Shown here in pieces: positions 32,885 through 49,807 of a stretch of DNA of 64,000 nucleotides. The position numbers were made by a program, and so were the translations under genes. The DNA comes from the human T2T-CHM13v2.0 reference genome, Homo sapiens, in the NCBI RefSeq assembly GCF_009914755.1, contig NC_060937.1; one strand, 5' to 3'. The notes below the pieces were generated by a model that saw only the letters and a list, made by a program, of their open reading frames with translations, ran no database searches and was not told the DNA's origin. Position 1 is the first letter of the stretch, and each line of letters begins with the position of its first letter.

Positions 32885-35800
32885 CTTTTCATTTTCTTAA
32901 TGGTGTCTTTCAAAGAGTAGAAGTTTCAAAGTTTGAGGTCTAACATATCAATATTTTTCACTTATGGTTAGCAAAGTTTGTGTACCAAGAAATCTTTGCT
33001 AACCCAACATAATGAAGATATCCTCCTATAGTTTCTTCTGGAAGCTTTAGAGTTTTAACTTTCACATTTAGATCTATCATCCATTTCAGATGAATTTTTG
33101 TGTTTGTTGTGAGGTGGAGATACAGGTTCATTGTTTCCTCACCGATATCCAGTTGTTTCAGTACCATTTGTTGATAAGACTTTCCTTTTTTTCATTGAAT
33201 TGCCTTGAAAACTTTGTCAAATTGACAAAATATGATTAATTTCTGAACTCTATTCTGTTCCATTGGTCTATTTATTCTTTTACCAATACTACAGTTACTT
33301 CATAATTATAGCTTTATAATAAATCTTAATATTAGGTAGATTAGGTCCTACAAATTTATTCTTCTTTTATAAGGTTGTTTTGGCTACTAGATCCTTTGCG
33401 TTTTCACGTAAATTTTAAAATTAGCTTATCAATTCCTGGAAAAAATACTTAGTGGGAATTTTATGGAACAATGTTGAACCTATACATCATTTGAGGGGAA
33501 ATTTGACACTAATAATATCGTGTTTTCTAAACTATGAACATAGGATATCATTCCATTTATTTAGTATCTTTAATTTCTCAGCAATTTTTATTGTAGTTTT
33601 GCACATTTTTTCACAAAATTCATTAGCAAGTATTTTATGTCATTTAGTGTTAATGAATAAAGTTTTGTTTTATTCATTTTACTTCCTCATTGTTTATTGC
33701 TACTACATAGAAACTACATAAACATGTAAGTGATTTTTGTATTTTGACCTTTTATCCTATGAGCTTTCTAAATTCACTTACTGGTTCTGTTAGTCTTTTC
33801 TATTTCTTAAGATTTTCTACATAAACAATTATGCTATCTGTGAATAATGACAGTTTTACTTTTTTCTTTCCAATCTTTATGCCTTATATTTACTTTTTTC
33901 TTATAACATTGATTAGGACCTCCAGAATAATGATGCATAAAGAAGGTGATATCAGACATCTCTGCCTTGTTCCCAGTCTTAGGGGAGAAAGCATTCAACA
34001 TTTCACCAGTAAGTATGATATGTTGTTGGCTATAAGATTGTTTTTTTATAATAAATTCCCTTTATCAAGTTGATGAAGTTTCCTTCTATTCTTAATTTGC
34101 TGATATTACTCTCAGAAAATATGCTATTCTCAGAAAATTTGTTGAGAGTGTTGAATTCTGTCTAATGCTGTTTCTGAAACTATTAAGTTGGTTATATCTT
34201 TTTTACTTCTGTCATTTTGTCACTATAGTAAATTACATCATTTGATGTTTGAAAGTTGAATCAGCCTTGTATTCTTAGGATAATCCCACTTGGTTATAAT
34301 GTATTAGACTTTTGGTATATTGCTAAATTTAATTTGCAAGTATTTTGTTAGAGACTTGCATCTATACTCATGAGGGACATTGGTCTGTAATTTCTTCTCT
34401 GATAGGATTCCTATCAATTTTGTTTCTTTTTGTATCAGGGTTATGTTCACCTCCTAAAATGAGTTGGGAGGAGTTTCATCTTCTATTTTCTGAAACAGTC
34501 TGTTTACATTGGGCATTATTTTTTCCTTAAATATATGATTAGAATTCACTAATGAAAATGTGTCAGTTGGAGCCTTATATATGGGAAGAGTTTTTAAATA
34601 TGAATTCAATTTCATTGATTCCTACCTCACACCATTCATAAAGCTTAATTTGAAATGGATCATAAGGCTAAACATGAATGCATTTTCTTCTTGTGTTATA
34701 GTATTTTTTTTTTCAAGGAATTTGTCTGTTTGTCAAATTGGCATAAAGTTATTCATAATAGGCCTTCATCACCCTTTTAAGCCTACAGAACCTGGAGTAA
34801 TGTCCCTACTAATCTCTCTCTTTTCTTGATCAGTATTGCTATGGGTTTCTCGATTTTATTACTCTTTTAAACTTTTGACTTTGTTGATTGTTTTCTCGTT
34901 TTTCTATTTTCTATTTCATTGATTTCTGTTATCTATCATTTAATTCCTTCTATTTACTTTTTGCTGAATTTATTTTTCTAGTCTGTGATGGTGGAAGCTT
35001 AGATAGTTGATTTCAAATCTTTTTCTCTTTTCTATTATAGGCATTAAAAACTTAATTTTCCTGTAAACACTGCTTTAGCTTCACCCCATAATTTTCCATA
35101 CGTTGTGTTTTCATTATCCTTCAATTTCAAATATATTCTAATTTTTCTCCTGATTTCTTCTTTGACTCATGGGTTATTTAGAAGTATGGTCAATTTCCAA
35201 AAGCTTATGTATTTTCTAGCTATCTCATTGTTATTGATTTCTAATGGAATTCTGCTGTGATAATAGAATTTCAACTTTGAAATATGTAATCTAGTATATG
35301 GTGTGTCTTGGTGAATATTTCATGTACACTTAAAGTGTAATCAGTAGTTGTTATGTGGAGTGCTTTATAAATGTTAATTAGGTTAAGTTGATGGATAAGT
35401 TCTTCAAATCTTCTATATGTTTACTGATATTCTGTATTGTTCTATCAATTACTCAAAAAAGTTAAGATATCTGATATGACTATAGATCTGTCTCTTTTTT
35501 TCTTTGGTTCTGTTTGTTTTTGCTCATGTATTTTGAAACTCTGTTATTATGTAAATGTACATGTAGAATTGTTATTCCTTCTTGGTGAATTGACTGACCC
35601 TGTTTAACTTGGTTAGTAGTTCTTACCTTGAAATCTACTTGATATTAACACAGCTACACCAGCTTTTTAAAGATTGGTGTATTCATCGTGTATCTTTTTC
35701 CTTTTTTTAACTTTCAAACTATGTGTGGCTTTATATTAAAAGTGCATCTCTTGTGAAGAGGTTATGCTTGCCACTTGATTTATTTTATTCAGTCTAATAA

Positions 35801-36306
35801 TTTTTTCCCTTTTAATTGGAATGCTTAGCTCATTTACATTTAATGTAACTAATGATATTTTGGGGTTAAAGTCTACCATCATAATGTTTGTCTTCTATTA
35901 GTCCCTTTTGTCCTTTTACTTTCTTCTTCATTTTCTGTCTTCTTTTGGATTGAGTATTTTTTGTTGTTCCATTTCATTTCTTCCTTTGTCTTTCTAGCTA
36001 TGCTTATATCTTTATGTATTTTTTAAGCTGCTCTAGGAATTTTAATATATTCTCTTAACTTATCACAATCTGTCTTCAATTAACATATCAGTACATGTAA
36101 AAATATAAGAACCTTACAACAAAAGGCTATTCTTGATATATATCTTACTCTACATGCTATAAAACCCAAAATCCATTATTGCTTTGATTTTAAAGTGTCA
36201 AATGACTTTTGAATTACTCAAAAAAAGACCCATCTCTTTATCTACATATTTTCCATTTCTAGTCCTTTCCAGTATCATTTCCTTTCAGCTTTAAAAACTT
36301 CCTTTA

Positions 36307-36690
<384 letters not shown>

Positions 36691-36899
36691 TTAAAAATTC
36701 AACTTATTTTTTTAGTTCTAAGATTTCCATTTGGTTGGTTTATGTGATTAAAATCCTCTCTCTTTACCCACAATATCAATCATTATACGCTTCTTTTAAT
36801 TATAAAATGAAAAGGATGTTTGTATATCCACTATAAACATCCTGTAGAACGTTTAACATACTTATTATAGTTTTCCAGTCCTTGTCTAACAACTTCTGA

Positions 36900-37344
<445 letters not shown>

Positions 37345-37859
37345 TGAAAAGTGTTTTCTTCTAATAGTCAGTTAAATTACTGGTGGATCATCTTGAACTT
37401 GTGAGACTTTGTTTTATACTTTAAGTTAGAGTACATCTATTTCAATTTTGTCCTTAGATCTAGGTCTTGCCCTTAGTCCAGCTTTGTTTTAGTTCTTAGT
37501 TACAGATGTCTTTACTCCTAAAGTTTGGCAGTTGTGGGAATTGGGCAGTTGCTGTAGTGGGCAGATGCTGAAATCTCTACTCAGCTTATAAGCATTCTAA
37601 TTGTTTCCCAACTGTGCTCCTTGGAATTTTATCCCTCGTGTGTGCAGTTTAAGTTACAGCCAAGTTTTTGAGGGCAGCTAATATGCAAATTTGGGGCTTC
37701 CAATAAGGAAAAATTCAACATTTACTCAACCAACCTCATGAAGGAGTAAGAATCCACAACAGTATAAAATTATTTCAACTATAAGATATTACTACTATTA
37801 GTTGTGTTCATAGTTACTGAGAGAAAGTATTACGTAACAGAAAGAGCACAGATTTTATC

Positions 37860-38330
37860 TCATGACCCAGTAATTCTACTTCTTGGTGCAAAGGGTTTGT
37901 TTATTATGTTTGCTACAACATTACTTTTAATAATGAAAAAACTGGAAAACACTTAAATGTTCACCAGTTGTAGCATGGCTAAATAAATTAAGGTATGGCC
38001 AAATTGTGAGATATTTTGCAGCAGTTAAAAATAATTACGTAGGCCAATTTGCACCAATATGAAAAATCTATGAGACAGATTGTTGAATAAGTAAATTAGT
38101 TGCAAAATGATACATATACTACATTTACATAATATTCTTCCACCCACAGGGGTTTGTGTTTGTGTGTACCATTAATAAGAGGTTTGTGTGTACCATTAAT
38201 AAGAGGTGAGAGTAATGATAGAGAACAACATGTTAGAAGGTGGTATAAAAGGAACTACAGCCTTTCTTCTAACATTTTAATCTTTTTTAAGGAGAATGTA
38301 TTCCTAAAAACAAAAACCATATTTAAAAAA
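37860..38330 (+). mobile_element. L1ME-type 3' fragment
   Basis: tgacccagtaattctacttct and aaactggaaaacacttaaatgttcacc motifs. Confidence 0.55.
38159..38206. repeat. 24-bp perfect tandem duplication
   Basis: tttgtgtgtaccattaataagagg x2. Confidence 0.9.
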
Positions 38331-38661
38331 AGAAGTGGGAAAATAGAGTCCAACAGGTTTGGATTCATATCCTACTCTGTCATTTATCATTAGCTATATA
38401 GCCTTGTGAAAGTTATTTAAATTTTCTAAAACTTTGTAAGACATGTTATTATGGGGAATTTAAATAGGATAGCCTATAAAAAGTGCCACAGAAATACCAG
38501 GCATTCAATAAATAATAATAGATTTAATAACATTGGACATTTCTTCTTATACTTTCTACAAAAGAGAATAATTAGTTACTATATTATCTTTGCATCTACC
38601 TGAATAATTCTTACTTTGCCTTCAGATCAGCTTTTTTCCCTTTGCTTCTCTGGGTTTTTCT

Positions 38662-38955
38662 TTTCCCTTTGTTGAGACAGGGTCTTGCTCTGTTGCCTAG
38701 GCTGGAGTGTAGTGACACAATCTCAGCTCATTGCAACCTCTTCCTCCCAGTCTCAAGCAATCCTTCCACCTCAGCCTCCTGAGTAGCTGAAAATACAGGC
38801 ACACACCACCATGCACAGCTAATTTTTGTATTTTTAGTAGAGACAGTGTTTTGCCATGCTGTCCAGGCTGTTCTCAAACTCTTGGGCTCAAGTGATCCAC
38901 CCACCTTGGCCTCCCAAAGTGCTGGGATTACAGGTATGAGCCACCGTGCCCAGGC
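38662..38955 (-). mobile_element. AluJ
   Basis: TSD tctgggtttttct. Confidence 0.9.
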
Positions 38956-40234
38956 TCTGGGTTTTTCTCATAGGACTGGCTTTCTAGTTGTGTAATCATT
39001 TCTGTTGCTGACCTCAATAAATGAATGCATTTGTTAATTATATAGCTGTGTATTACATCATACTAAATTAAATATGCTTTGTTCATCACTCTTAGCAGCT
39101 CTTAAAGTGTACACAATTTTCCCATATTCTTTTACATTTTAAACTCATGCTGTACAAAATTTAGGCAAGAGTAAGCCATCAATGCTTTACACAATGTCTG
39201 TTATGCCAAAGCATTGCTTGCAGCATTCATCATTTGCTAAAAACTTCTCAACTGCTCCAGTGTCCTTTGTCTGAAAACTCTTGGATTTGGAAATAACACT
39301 TTTTTTTTTTTTACCTTGAACTAGAAACCACTGATTGTTGCTCAATGTGTTATATTTGAAGCTTTGTGTTTGCCTGCCTTGTATTTTGCTTCCCCAATTT
39401 TTTGTCAATGACTCATAGCTTATCTTTTTTCTCCACTCTATCTTTAGTTCCTTTCTTCCAAAATATATGAAGACAGACAATAGATACTGGGGGGAAGGAC
39501 ATTTAGGGAATAAATATTTGAAAAGGCTCTTTTCATTCAGATATGGCCTAAAAATACTGAAAGCATTTACTTGACAGGAAAACACTGATATTCAAAAAAA
39601 CATTTTTTATTTTTATGAACCAAAAAATGTAAAAGCAAGATTAATATGAGAACCAAAATATGTAAAACACAATATTTAAAATAATTAGAACAAAATAATG
39701 CTGTAGTCCAGGCAAAAGATGATTCTTGAACTGTAACAAGGCCATGGCTAAAGATATTCAGAAGAGATAGAAAAAAGACTCCAAAAAGAAGTAATAAAAA
39801 TCTTTTGGTATTGGAATTCACCTTCTTTAAAAACTGGTTGTTTTGAGAAGAAGGTTACTCATATTAATGATCGATTCTCATCATGGAATAAATAAAATTA
39901 TTCACAAAAATGTAACGTTTTAAGAAAATGGTCTGACTATATTGGTCCTTCAGCTTCATAATTTGTTGTGAAGAATCTTTAAGTTCTTAACTTTTCATTT
40001 TTTAACTGAATTGAGGACAACTTTTAAATGAATTAGAAGTAATAGAATTGAAATGAAAAAGTTCAAAAGAATCTTAACAGAGGGGTCCCTATTATGAAAA
40101 CTTAAAAAGTTTATTAAATTTCATGACAAGAAGTTTTATGATGGAAACATCAAAAAACAGAAGTCTTAACCTCAGTAACATTTCCTCTAAATCTAACATT
40201 AGTGACCACTTACATCATCCTTTACCAATTTATA

Positions 40235-42306
40235 CTACTGCTGGCAAGATGAAGTAGATATACTACAGTTACCTATTCTTCCTGATAAGTAGAACTAAAA
40301 GCTCTGGACATTTTATACAAAACAAACATTAGAAGCTCATGAAAGTTGGAGAGAAGAAGGCAAACGGTTTAGGGAACCTCAAGACCCAAGTAATGTCCTG
40401 GGTTTTCTTTTTTCCTCATATATCCCAGAGAGGATTCTGGAGAAGACAGCAATCTGGAAATGCCAAGAAATACAGACAAAAAGCCCTAAGAAAAATTTGT
40501 TCTATCTAGCCAAAAGATAAGGAAAATAGCAGCTTAGTGAGACAGAAAACTTGTAGGCAGTAACTGTTTTACTAAAGTCAAACACTACAGAAAAAACTAT
40601 GGCCCCTCCAACACTCATGCCAGCAAGGGCTGGGTGGAAAGCCTAAATTTCTACCATTGCAAGGCTGTAATGAAGTGCCTAATCCCTCTGCTGGTGCACT
40701 CTCAGGGAAAGCTAACTAAGGAGCCAGGAGTTTTAACTGTGGAGCCAGGAGTTTTAATCCTCTCTAAGCAGCAAGAAACCATACACTGTGGTGTCGCTGG
40801 AGCCCATCTGAGGATCCTGGACTTCTCCGCCCATCAAGGTGTAATATTCCTCTCCTCCCTGATGTAACATCAAAGGAGCTCTGGTAGAGAGTCAGGACTT
40901 TCACCAGGACTCAGTAGTAACCAGGCTATGTCCTCGCAGTGTCACTGGAGGCCACGTTAGGAGTAGTAGCAAGGATTCCTTTTCCCTCCAACCCAGAATG
41001 ATATTTGCAGAGGCCTACAGACTAGTCTTTCCCCCTTCCATGGGAAACAATGGAGTCAGTGGAGACTGGTAGGAGAATCTAGACCCCAATGGCCACCTGG
41101 AAATAGTGAAGATCTAGAATCTTAAAGCATAATACCCAACATGTCCACATTTCAATAAAAAATGGCTCATAACACCAAAAAATAAGATCTCAAACTGAGC
41201 AAGAAATCACAATCAACATGCACCACACGAACATAACACAGAAGTTAAAATTATCTGACAAGCATTTTAAAGCCTCTGTCATAAAAATGCTTCAATAAAC
41301 AATTACAAACATGCCTGGAAAAAATGTAAAAAATAGAAAGTCTGAGCAAAGGAATATAAGATATAAGAAAGACTCAAATGGCAATTTAAGAACTAAAAGG
41401 TACAATAACCAAAGTGAAGAGTTCAGTGGAATTCAAGAGTGGATGGGAGAACAGATAAACTAATCAGTTAACTGAAAAATAGAAAGCTAAAGTTACTCAA
41501 TCTGAACAAAGGGGAGAAAATAGATTGAAAATAGAAATAAATAGAACTTCAGGGGCTTATGAAACTATAACAAAAGATGTCATATCTTTCGTTATGGAAG
41601 GAGAGGAGAAAGAAGGCACAGATTTTTTAAAAAAGTATTCAAGTAACTGATGGCTGAAAAATCCTAAATTTGGCAAAAGATACAAAACTACAGAATTGAG
41701 AAGCTGAGAGAACTCCAAAAAGGATATATGCAAAGAAATCCATGCAAAAGCATGTCATAGTAAAACTTCTGAAAACAGAAGAATGTTTTTTCCCCAATCT
41801 CGCTCACTCTGCAGACAGAAAATCTTGAAGACACCAAGAAAGAAATACCTTACATATATAGGAAAACCAATTTGAATTACAGCAGATTTTGCACTAGAAA
41901 TCACAGAGACCAAAATGAAGTGGCATAACATTTTTCAACTGTGGAAAGAACTGTCAACCCAGAATTCTATATCCAGCAAAAATAGCCTTTAGGAATGAAG
42001 GAGAAATCAAGACATTCTCACATGAAAAAAATAAAAGAATGTGTTACCAGCAGACCTACCCTAAAAGAATGATTTTAGAAGTTGTATATAAAAAAGGAAA
42101 TGATATAAGAAGAAATCATAGAATGTCAGGAAGAAAGAACATAATAAAGCAAAACTATGAGTAAATAGACAGATAAAGAGGTCATAGCTAAAAAGTACAA
42201 AATTCTTTGTGAGGTGATGAAAATTTCTAAATTTAACTTTGGTGAAGGTTGCACATATATGACTATATAAGAAGTCTCTGAAGTATATGCCTTAAATGGT
42301 AAATTG
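40235..42306 (+). mobile_element. Old L1M (L1MC-type) 5'UTR/ORF1 plus a 3'-end piece that resumes at about 47581
   Basis: ORF1-like motifs (cccagaattctatatccagcaaaa); 3'-end motif split by the younger L1PA. Confidence 0.65.
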
Positions 42307-45300
42307 GACACAGATCTGTGCCTGCCAGCACCCTGCTCCTGAGCCAACACCACCACCAGCGAGACCAAACACACAGCCATCAGCAGGGACCCCCTGTCTC
42401 CCCCTAACTACACTGTCTCTGCCACTGTAGTGAATGCCCGCAGGGAGGCAAGCACCCCAGGACTCATGAGCACTCTGCCACAGCTGATGAGTGTGCACCC
42501 CACTGCACTGCCACTACTGCTGCTGCTGGCATGCACAAACAAGAATGGATCCTGCTATCACTGCACTACTGAACACTTTGGCTGACACAACCCATCTGAG
42601 TATAGTGACCAGCAGTCTGGGAGCACCTTGGCACCCCCAGCACAGTGGATTCCTAACCTTGAGGGGCCAGAGAACAAAACTGGGGCCTGATACAAGTCCC
42701 CCAGAGTTACAGCACACAGTCCAGGAGTTGGGAACAGAGCGTTGGCCCTTAAAATCTTCCAGAAATGAAGCTAGTCAGATGAATCCACCTAATATAACAA
42801 TCAAACCCTCAAGATCATCAAATAGGATAAAAGAAAAAAAAACATCCAAAGGTCAGCAGCTCAGATTGAAGCATAAGCCCATAAAGATGAGGAGCATAAG
42901 CCCATAAAGATGAGGAAGAACCAGCACAAAAACCCTGATAACCCCAAAACCCAAAGTGCCTTCTTTCTTCCAAATGACCACATCACCTCTCCAGCAATGA
43001 TTCTGAACTGGGTTGAAATGGCTTAAATGACAGAAATAGAATTCAGAATATGGGAAGGAAGGTCATTAAGCTATAGAAGTATGTTAAAACCCAGTCCAAG
43101 GAAGCCAAGAATCATGACAAAACAATGCAGGAGCTGACAGACAAAATAGCCAGTATAGAAAAGAACCTAAGTGACCTGATAGAGCTGAAAAACACACTAC
43201 AAGAATTTCATAATGCTATCACAAATATTAATAGCAGAATAGACCAAGCAGAGGAAAGAATCTCAGAGATCGAAGACTGGCTTTCTAAAATAAGACAGTC
43301 AGACAAGAATAAAGAAAAAAAGAATGAAAAGGAATGAACAAAACCTCTGAGAAATATTGAATTATGTAAAGAGATCAAGTCTATGACTCATTGGAGTCCC
43401 TAAAAGAGATGGGGAGAATGGAACCAACTTGGAAAACATATTTCAGTATATCATCTATGAGAACTTCCCCAACCTAGCTAGAGAGGCCAACATTCAAATT
43501 CAGGAAGTGCAGAGAACCCCAGTAAGATGCTTCACAAGAATAGCATCACCAAGATGCATAATTTTCAGATTCTCCAAGGTTGAAATGAAAGGAAAAAATG
43601 TTAAAGGCAGCTAGAAAGGTCAGATCACCTACAAAGGGATACCCATCAGACTAACAGTGGACCTCTCAGCAGAAACCCTACAAGCAGAAGAGACTGGGAA
43701 CCAATATTCAAAATTTTTACAGAAAAGAAATTCCAACCCAGAATTTCATATCCAGCCAAACTAAGCTTTATAAGCGAAGGAGAAATAAGATCCTTTTCAG
43801 ATAAGCAAATGCTGAGGGAGTTCGTTACCACAAGACCTGCCTTATAAGAGCTCCTGAAGAAAGCACTAAATATGGAAAGGAAACACCAGAGTCAGTCACC
43901 ACAAAAACACACTGAAGTACACAGACTAGTTACACTATAAGGCAACCACATAAACAAGTCTGCAAAATAACCAGTTACCATCATGATGACAGGATCAAAT
44001 CTACACATATCAATACTAACCTTGAATGTAAATGGGCTAAATGCCCCAGTTAAAAGGGACAGAGTGGCAAGCTGGATAAAGAACTAAGACCCATTGGTAT
44101 GCTGTCTTCAAGAGACCCATCTCACATGCAATGACACACATAGGCTCAAAGTAAAGGGATAGAGGAAAATCCACCAAGCAAATGGAAAAACAGAAAAAAA
44201 ATCAGGAGTTGCAATCCTGGTTTCACACAAAACAGACTTTAAACCAGCAAAGATTTAAAAAGAAAAAGAAGGGCATTACATAATGGTAAAGGATTCAATT
44301 TAACAATAAGACCTAACTATCCTAAATATATATGCACCCAACACAGGAGCACCCAGATTCATTAAGTAAGTTCTTAGAGACCTTCAAACAGACTTAGACC
44401 CCCACACAATAATGGTGGGAGATTCTAACACCCCACTAACAATATTAGACAGATCATCAAGAGAGAAAATTAATAAAGATATTCAGGACCTGAACTCAAC
44501 ACTGGATCAAAAGAATCTGACAGACATCGACAGAACTCTCCATTCCAAAACAGCAGAATATACATTATTCTCATCGCCACATGGCACATATTCTAAAATT
44601 AATCACATAATCAGAAATAAAACACTCCTCAGCAAATGTGAAATAACTGAACTCATAACAATCTCTTGGACCACAGCACAATAAAATTAGAAATCAAGAC
44701 TAAGAAATTCACCCAAAACCACACAATTGCATGGAAATTGAAAATTGAATAACCTGCTCCTGAATGATTTTTGAGTAAATTATGAAATTAAGGCAGAAAT
44801 CAAGAAGTTATTTGAAACTAATGAGAACAAAGATACCAGAATCTCTGGGACACAGCTAAGGGCAGTGTTAAGAGGGAAATTTATAGCACTAAATGCCCAC
44901 ATCAAATAGTTAGAAAGATCTCAATTTAACAACCTAACATCACGACTAAAAGAACTAGAGAACCAAAAGCAAACCAAGCCCAAAGCTAGTAGAAGACAAT
45001 AACCAAAATCAGAGCTGAAGGAGACTGAGACCAAAAAAAAACCCTTCAAAAAGATCAGTGAATCTAGGAGCTGGTTTTTTGAAAAAATTAATAAAACAGA
45101 TAAACTGCTAGCTAGACTAACACAGAATAGAGAAGATCAAAATAAACCTAATCAGAAATGAGGAGGATATCACCACTGACCCCACAGAAATACAAATAAC
45201 CATCAGAGAATATTATGAACACCCCTACACACATAAGCTAGGAAATCTAGAAGAAATGGATAAATTCCTGGAGACATACACCCTCCCAAGACTGAACCGG

Positions 45301-46237
45301 GAAGAAATCGAATCTCTGAACAGACCAGTAACAAGCTCTGGAATTAATTCAGTAATAAATAGCCTACCAACTGAAAAAAGCCCAGTACCAGATGGGTTCA
45401 CAGCTGAATTCTATCAGATATACAAAGAAGAGCTGGTACCATTCCTGCCAAAACTATTCCAAAAAATTGAGGAGGATGGACTCCTCCCTAACTCATTCTA
45501 TGAGGCCAGAATCATCCTGATACCAAAACCCAAAAGAGACATAACAAAAAGGAAACTTCAGGTCAATATCCTTGATGAACATCGATGCAAAAATCCCCAA
45601 CAAAATACTGTTAAATTGAATCCAGAAGCACATCAAAAAGCTTATCCATCACCATCAAGTAAGCTTTATATCTGGGATGCAAGTTTGGTTCAACATATGC
45701 AAATCAATAAATATGATTCATCATATAAACAGAACTGAAGACAAACACAACATGAATTATCTCAATAGATGCAGAAAAGACTGTCGATACAATTTAACAA
45801 CGATTCATGTTAAAAACTCTCAATAAACTAAGTACTGAAGGAACATACCTGAAAATAATAAGAGCCATCTATGACAAACCCACAGCCAACATCATACTCA
45901 ATGGGCAAAACCCAGAGGCATTCCTCTTGAAAACCAGCAAAAGACAAGGATCCCCTCTCTCACTACTCTTACTTGACATAGTATTCGAAGTCCTAGCCAG
46001 AGCAATCAGGCAAGAGAAAGAAATAAAACATATACAAATAAGAAGAGAGGAAGCCAAACTAGCCCTGTTTGCAGACGACATGATGCTATATCTAGAAAAC
46101 CCAACAGTCCTGGCCCAAAAGCTTCTTAAGCTGATAAACAACTTCAGCAAAGTCTTAGGATACAAAATCAATATGCAAAAATCACTAGCACTCCTATATA
46201 ACACCAATCAAACTGAGTCAAATCCCATTCACAGTTG

Positions 46238-46271
<34 letters not shown>

Positions 46272-47220
46272 CTAAGAACACAGCCAACCAGAGAGGTAAA
46301 AGATCTCTACAAGTAGAACTATAAAATACTGCTCAAATAAATTAGAGATGACATAAACAAATGGAAAAACATTCCATGCTCATGGATAGGAAGAATCAGT
46401 ATCATTAAAATGGCCATACTATCCAAAGCAATGTATAGATTTGATGCTATTCCTATTAAACTACCAAAAAAAAGTTCAGCATCATAAATCATTAGGGAAA
46501 TGTAAATCAAAACCACAAGGAGATACCATCATCACTAGTATCAAAAAGTAAAAAAAAAAACAAAACAAACAAACAAACAAAAAACATGCTGACAAGGTTG
46601 CAGAGAAAAAGAACACTTATTATACACTGTTGGTGGGAGTGTAAATTAGTTCAACCATTGTGGAAGACAGTGTGGCAATTCCTCAGACTTAAAAACAGAA
46701 TCCCATTCAACCCAGCAATCCCATTACTGATTATATACCCAAAGGAATATAAATCATTCTATCATAAAGACACATACACGTGTAAGTGCATTGCAGCAAT
46801 ATTCACAATAGCAAAGACATGGAATCAACCTAAATGCCCATCAGTGGTAGTCTGGATAAAGAAAATATGGTACATATACACCATGAAATACTATGCAGCC
46901 ATAAAAAGAATGAGATTATGTCCTTTGCAGGAACATGAATGGAGCTGGAGGCCACTATCCTAAGTGAATTAATGCAGAAACAGAAAACCAAATACTGGAT
47001 GTTCTCACTTATAAGTGGGAGCTAAATGATGAGAACTTATGGACACATAGAGGGAAACAACACACACTGGAGGGTGAGAGGAGGGAAAGGATCAGGAAAA
47101 ATAACTAATGGGTACTAGGCTTAATACCTGGCTATTGAAATAATCTGTACAACAAACTATGACAGAAATTTACCTATATAACAAACCTGCATACATACCC
47201 CTGAACTTAAAAGTTAAATT
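42307..47220 (+). mobile_element. L1PA13-16-type element (about 4.9 kb), disrupted ORF1/ORF2, internal ORF2 deletion near 46470
   Basis: ORF1 pieces (43125.., 43429..), endonuclease start near 43983, RT motif FADD in 45807..46316, 3'UTR gggtactaggcttaatacctgg. Confidence 0.9.
46239..46268. repeat. (CA)n microsatellite
   Basis: About 15 units inside the L1. Confidence 0.9.
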
Positions 47221-47222
47221 AA

Positions 47223-47610
<388 letters not shown>

Positions 47611-48320
47611 TTATCTTAGTAAAGCTGTTTATAAAAATCAGAATAGTGGCTATTTGATAAAAAGGGTAGAAGAGAACTTTCTGGACATGCTGGGAAAGTT
47701 CTATATCTTGATCTAGGTAATGCCAACATAAATATATGTACATGTTAGTCTAAATAAATCAAGCCATCCATTTATAATTTGTGTACTTACTCTTATGACA
47801 ATTATACCTCAATAAAATGTTACTGTAAAAAAATTAAAAGGTAATTTCACATTTCTTTCCAAAGTGCTTTTAGCAATTTACATTCACAAGAATACTGTAT
47901 TAAAATTCCCACGCTCAACATCTCCCAACTGTAATACCGATAATCAGATGGGCTAAACATGGAACTTTGCTGTGGTTTTAATTATCAGTCTCTTATTGCT
48001 AATGAGGATGGTCATATTTTTCTTTATTTCTGATATTCATGGTTCAGAAAAATGGTCTTTTTATACCATTTGCCCAATGTTTCACTGATTTGACATTTTC
48101 TTATCTCTTTCTTATCACATACATGTGTTATAATAATCTAGAATGGAGTCTTGTTCTTTCTCTTGTGATGGTATATTCCCATAATCTGGAAATTTATGGC
48201 ATAGTCAAAACTAAAGATATTTAACCACAGAATTTATGGAGTGTTTTTCTCTTTTAAAATAAATGCTTTTCTGACACAAATTTTTAAGTTTTTATCCTAT
48301 GTTGTATTCAATACTTAGAA

Positions 48321-48347
48321 GTGTGTGTGTGTGTGTGTGTGTGTGTG
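48321..48347. repeat. (TG)n microsatellite
   Basis: About 13 units. Confidence 0.9.
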
Positions 48348-48472
48348 CACGTGTGTATTATGAGGTAGGAATCCAGTTTTATTTCAACGTTTTTCTTTAT
48401 TTTTCCATAGAGGTAATCTATTTTGTTTTTACCACTCAAGGATGCATAATTTCTGGATTCTTTTTTCCATTA

Positions 48473-48838
<366 letters not shown>

Positions 48839-49600
48839 TTATTGTTTTATAATGAACCTTAATGTCTACAAGGGCAAAAAGAATCGTTATTTAGATTCCT
48901 AGTAAACTAAAAGGTAAAATCGTGATATTTTTTAATAGCGAATATGTAAAGATGAGGATTTTTATCTTTAATTTCCTCAGATGCTTTGTATTGTGTCAAA
49001 TTAGTCAAAAACAAGTTGAAACATGCATATTTTTATTTTCCAAATTAATGTATTCAGGCAAAAATTATTTGCCCTTAATAGCATATTATTTTACATTTCT
49101 GTTCACCATTCATCCAAACAATAATGACAATAGAAGTCCACAGGCAGCACCACAACACATTATGAATTTACTCTGACTTTCAATTTTGCATATTTTCAGT
49201 TTGTTTTTTTAACTTGACTCTTGATAATTGCGAATATGAAGTCAGAGAGGTTTGGAAAGACGATGCTTTCCATTGTGTTTTATTCTATTTTGAGGAGTCT
49301 TTGATATCTAAGAATGGGCATCCTCTTTGACTACATAGCTGCTTTCTAGCCATTAATTGGGTATCATGTTCTTAGTGGAATGAGAAAAACCTGGAAGAAC
49401 CCTCGCCCAGATTTAAATAGGAGTGAATGCTTGCATTGTTTGAACACATTCACATATTTGAACATCTTTGAATGAGGGGGTTATCTCTAGTTATCTATTA
49501 ATGATTTGTATTTACTAAATTTTATAGTTCTTTCTTGTTCTTCAACTGTTTTGAGTATTGAGAGTAAACTATGGAAATATGAATATAGTGTTAAGTTTTA

Positions 49601-49807
<207 letters not shown>

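Noticed and set aside
42871-42916. 23-bp tandem duplication (similar ones near 10722-10770 and 38159-38206) as an array
   Set aside because: Only two adjacent copies with no spacers; ordinary slippage duplications
42307-47220. Potentially active long L1 / reverse transcriptase gene
   Set aside because: Many stops and frameshifts, a (CA)n insertion and a large internal ORF2 deletion
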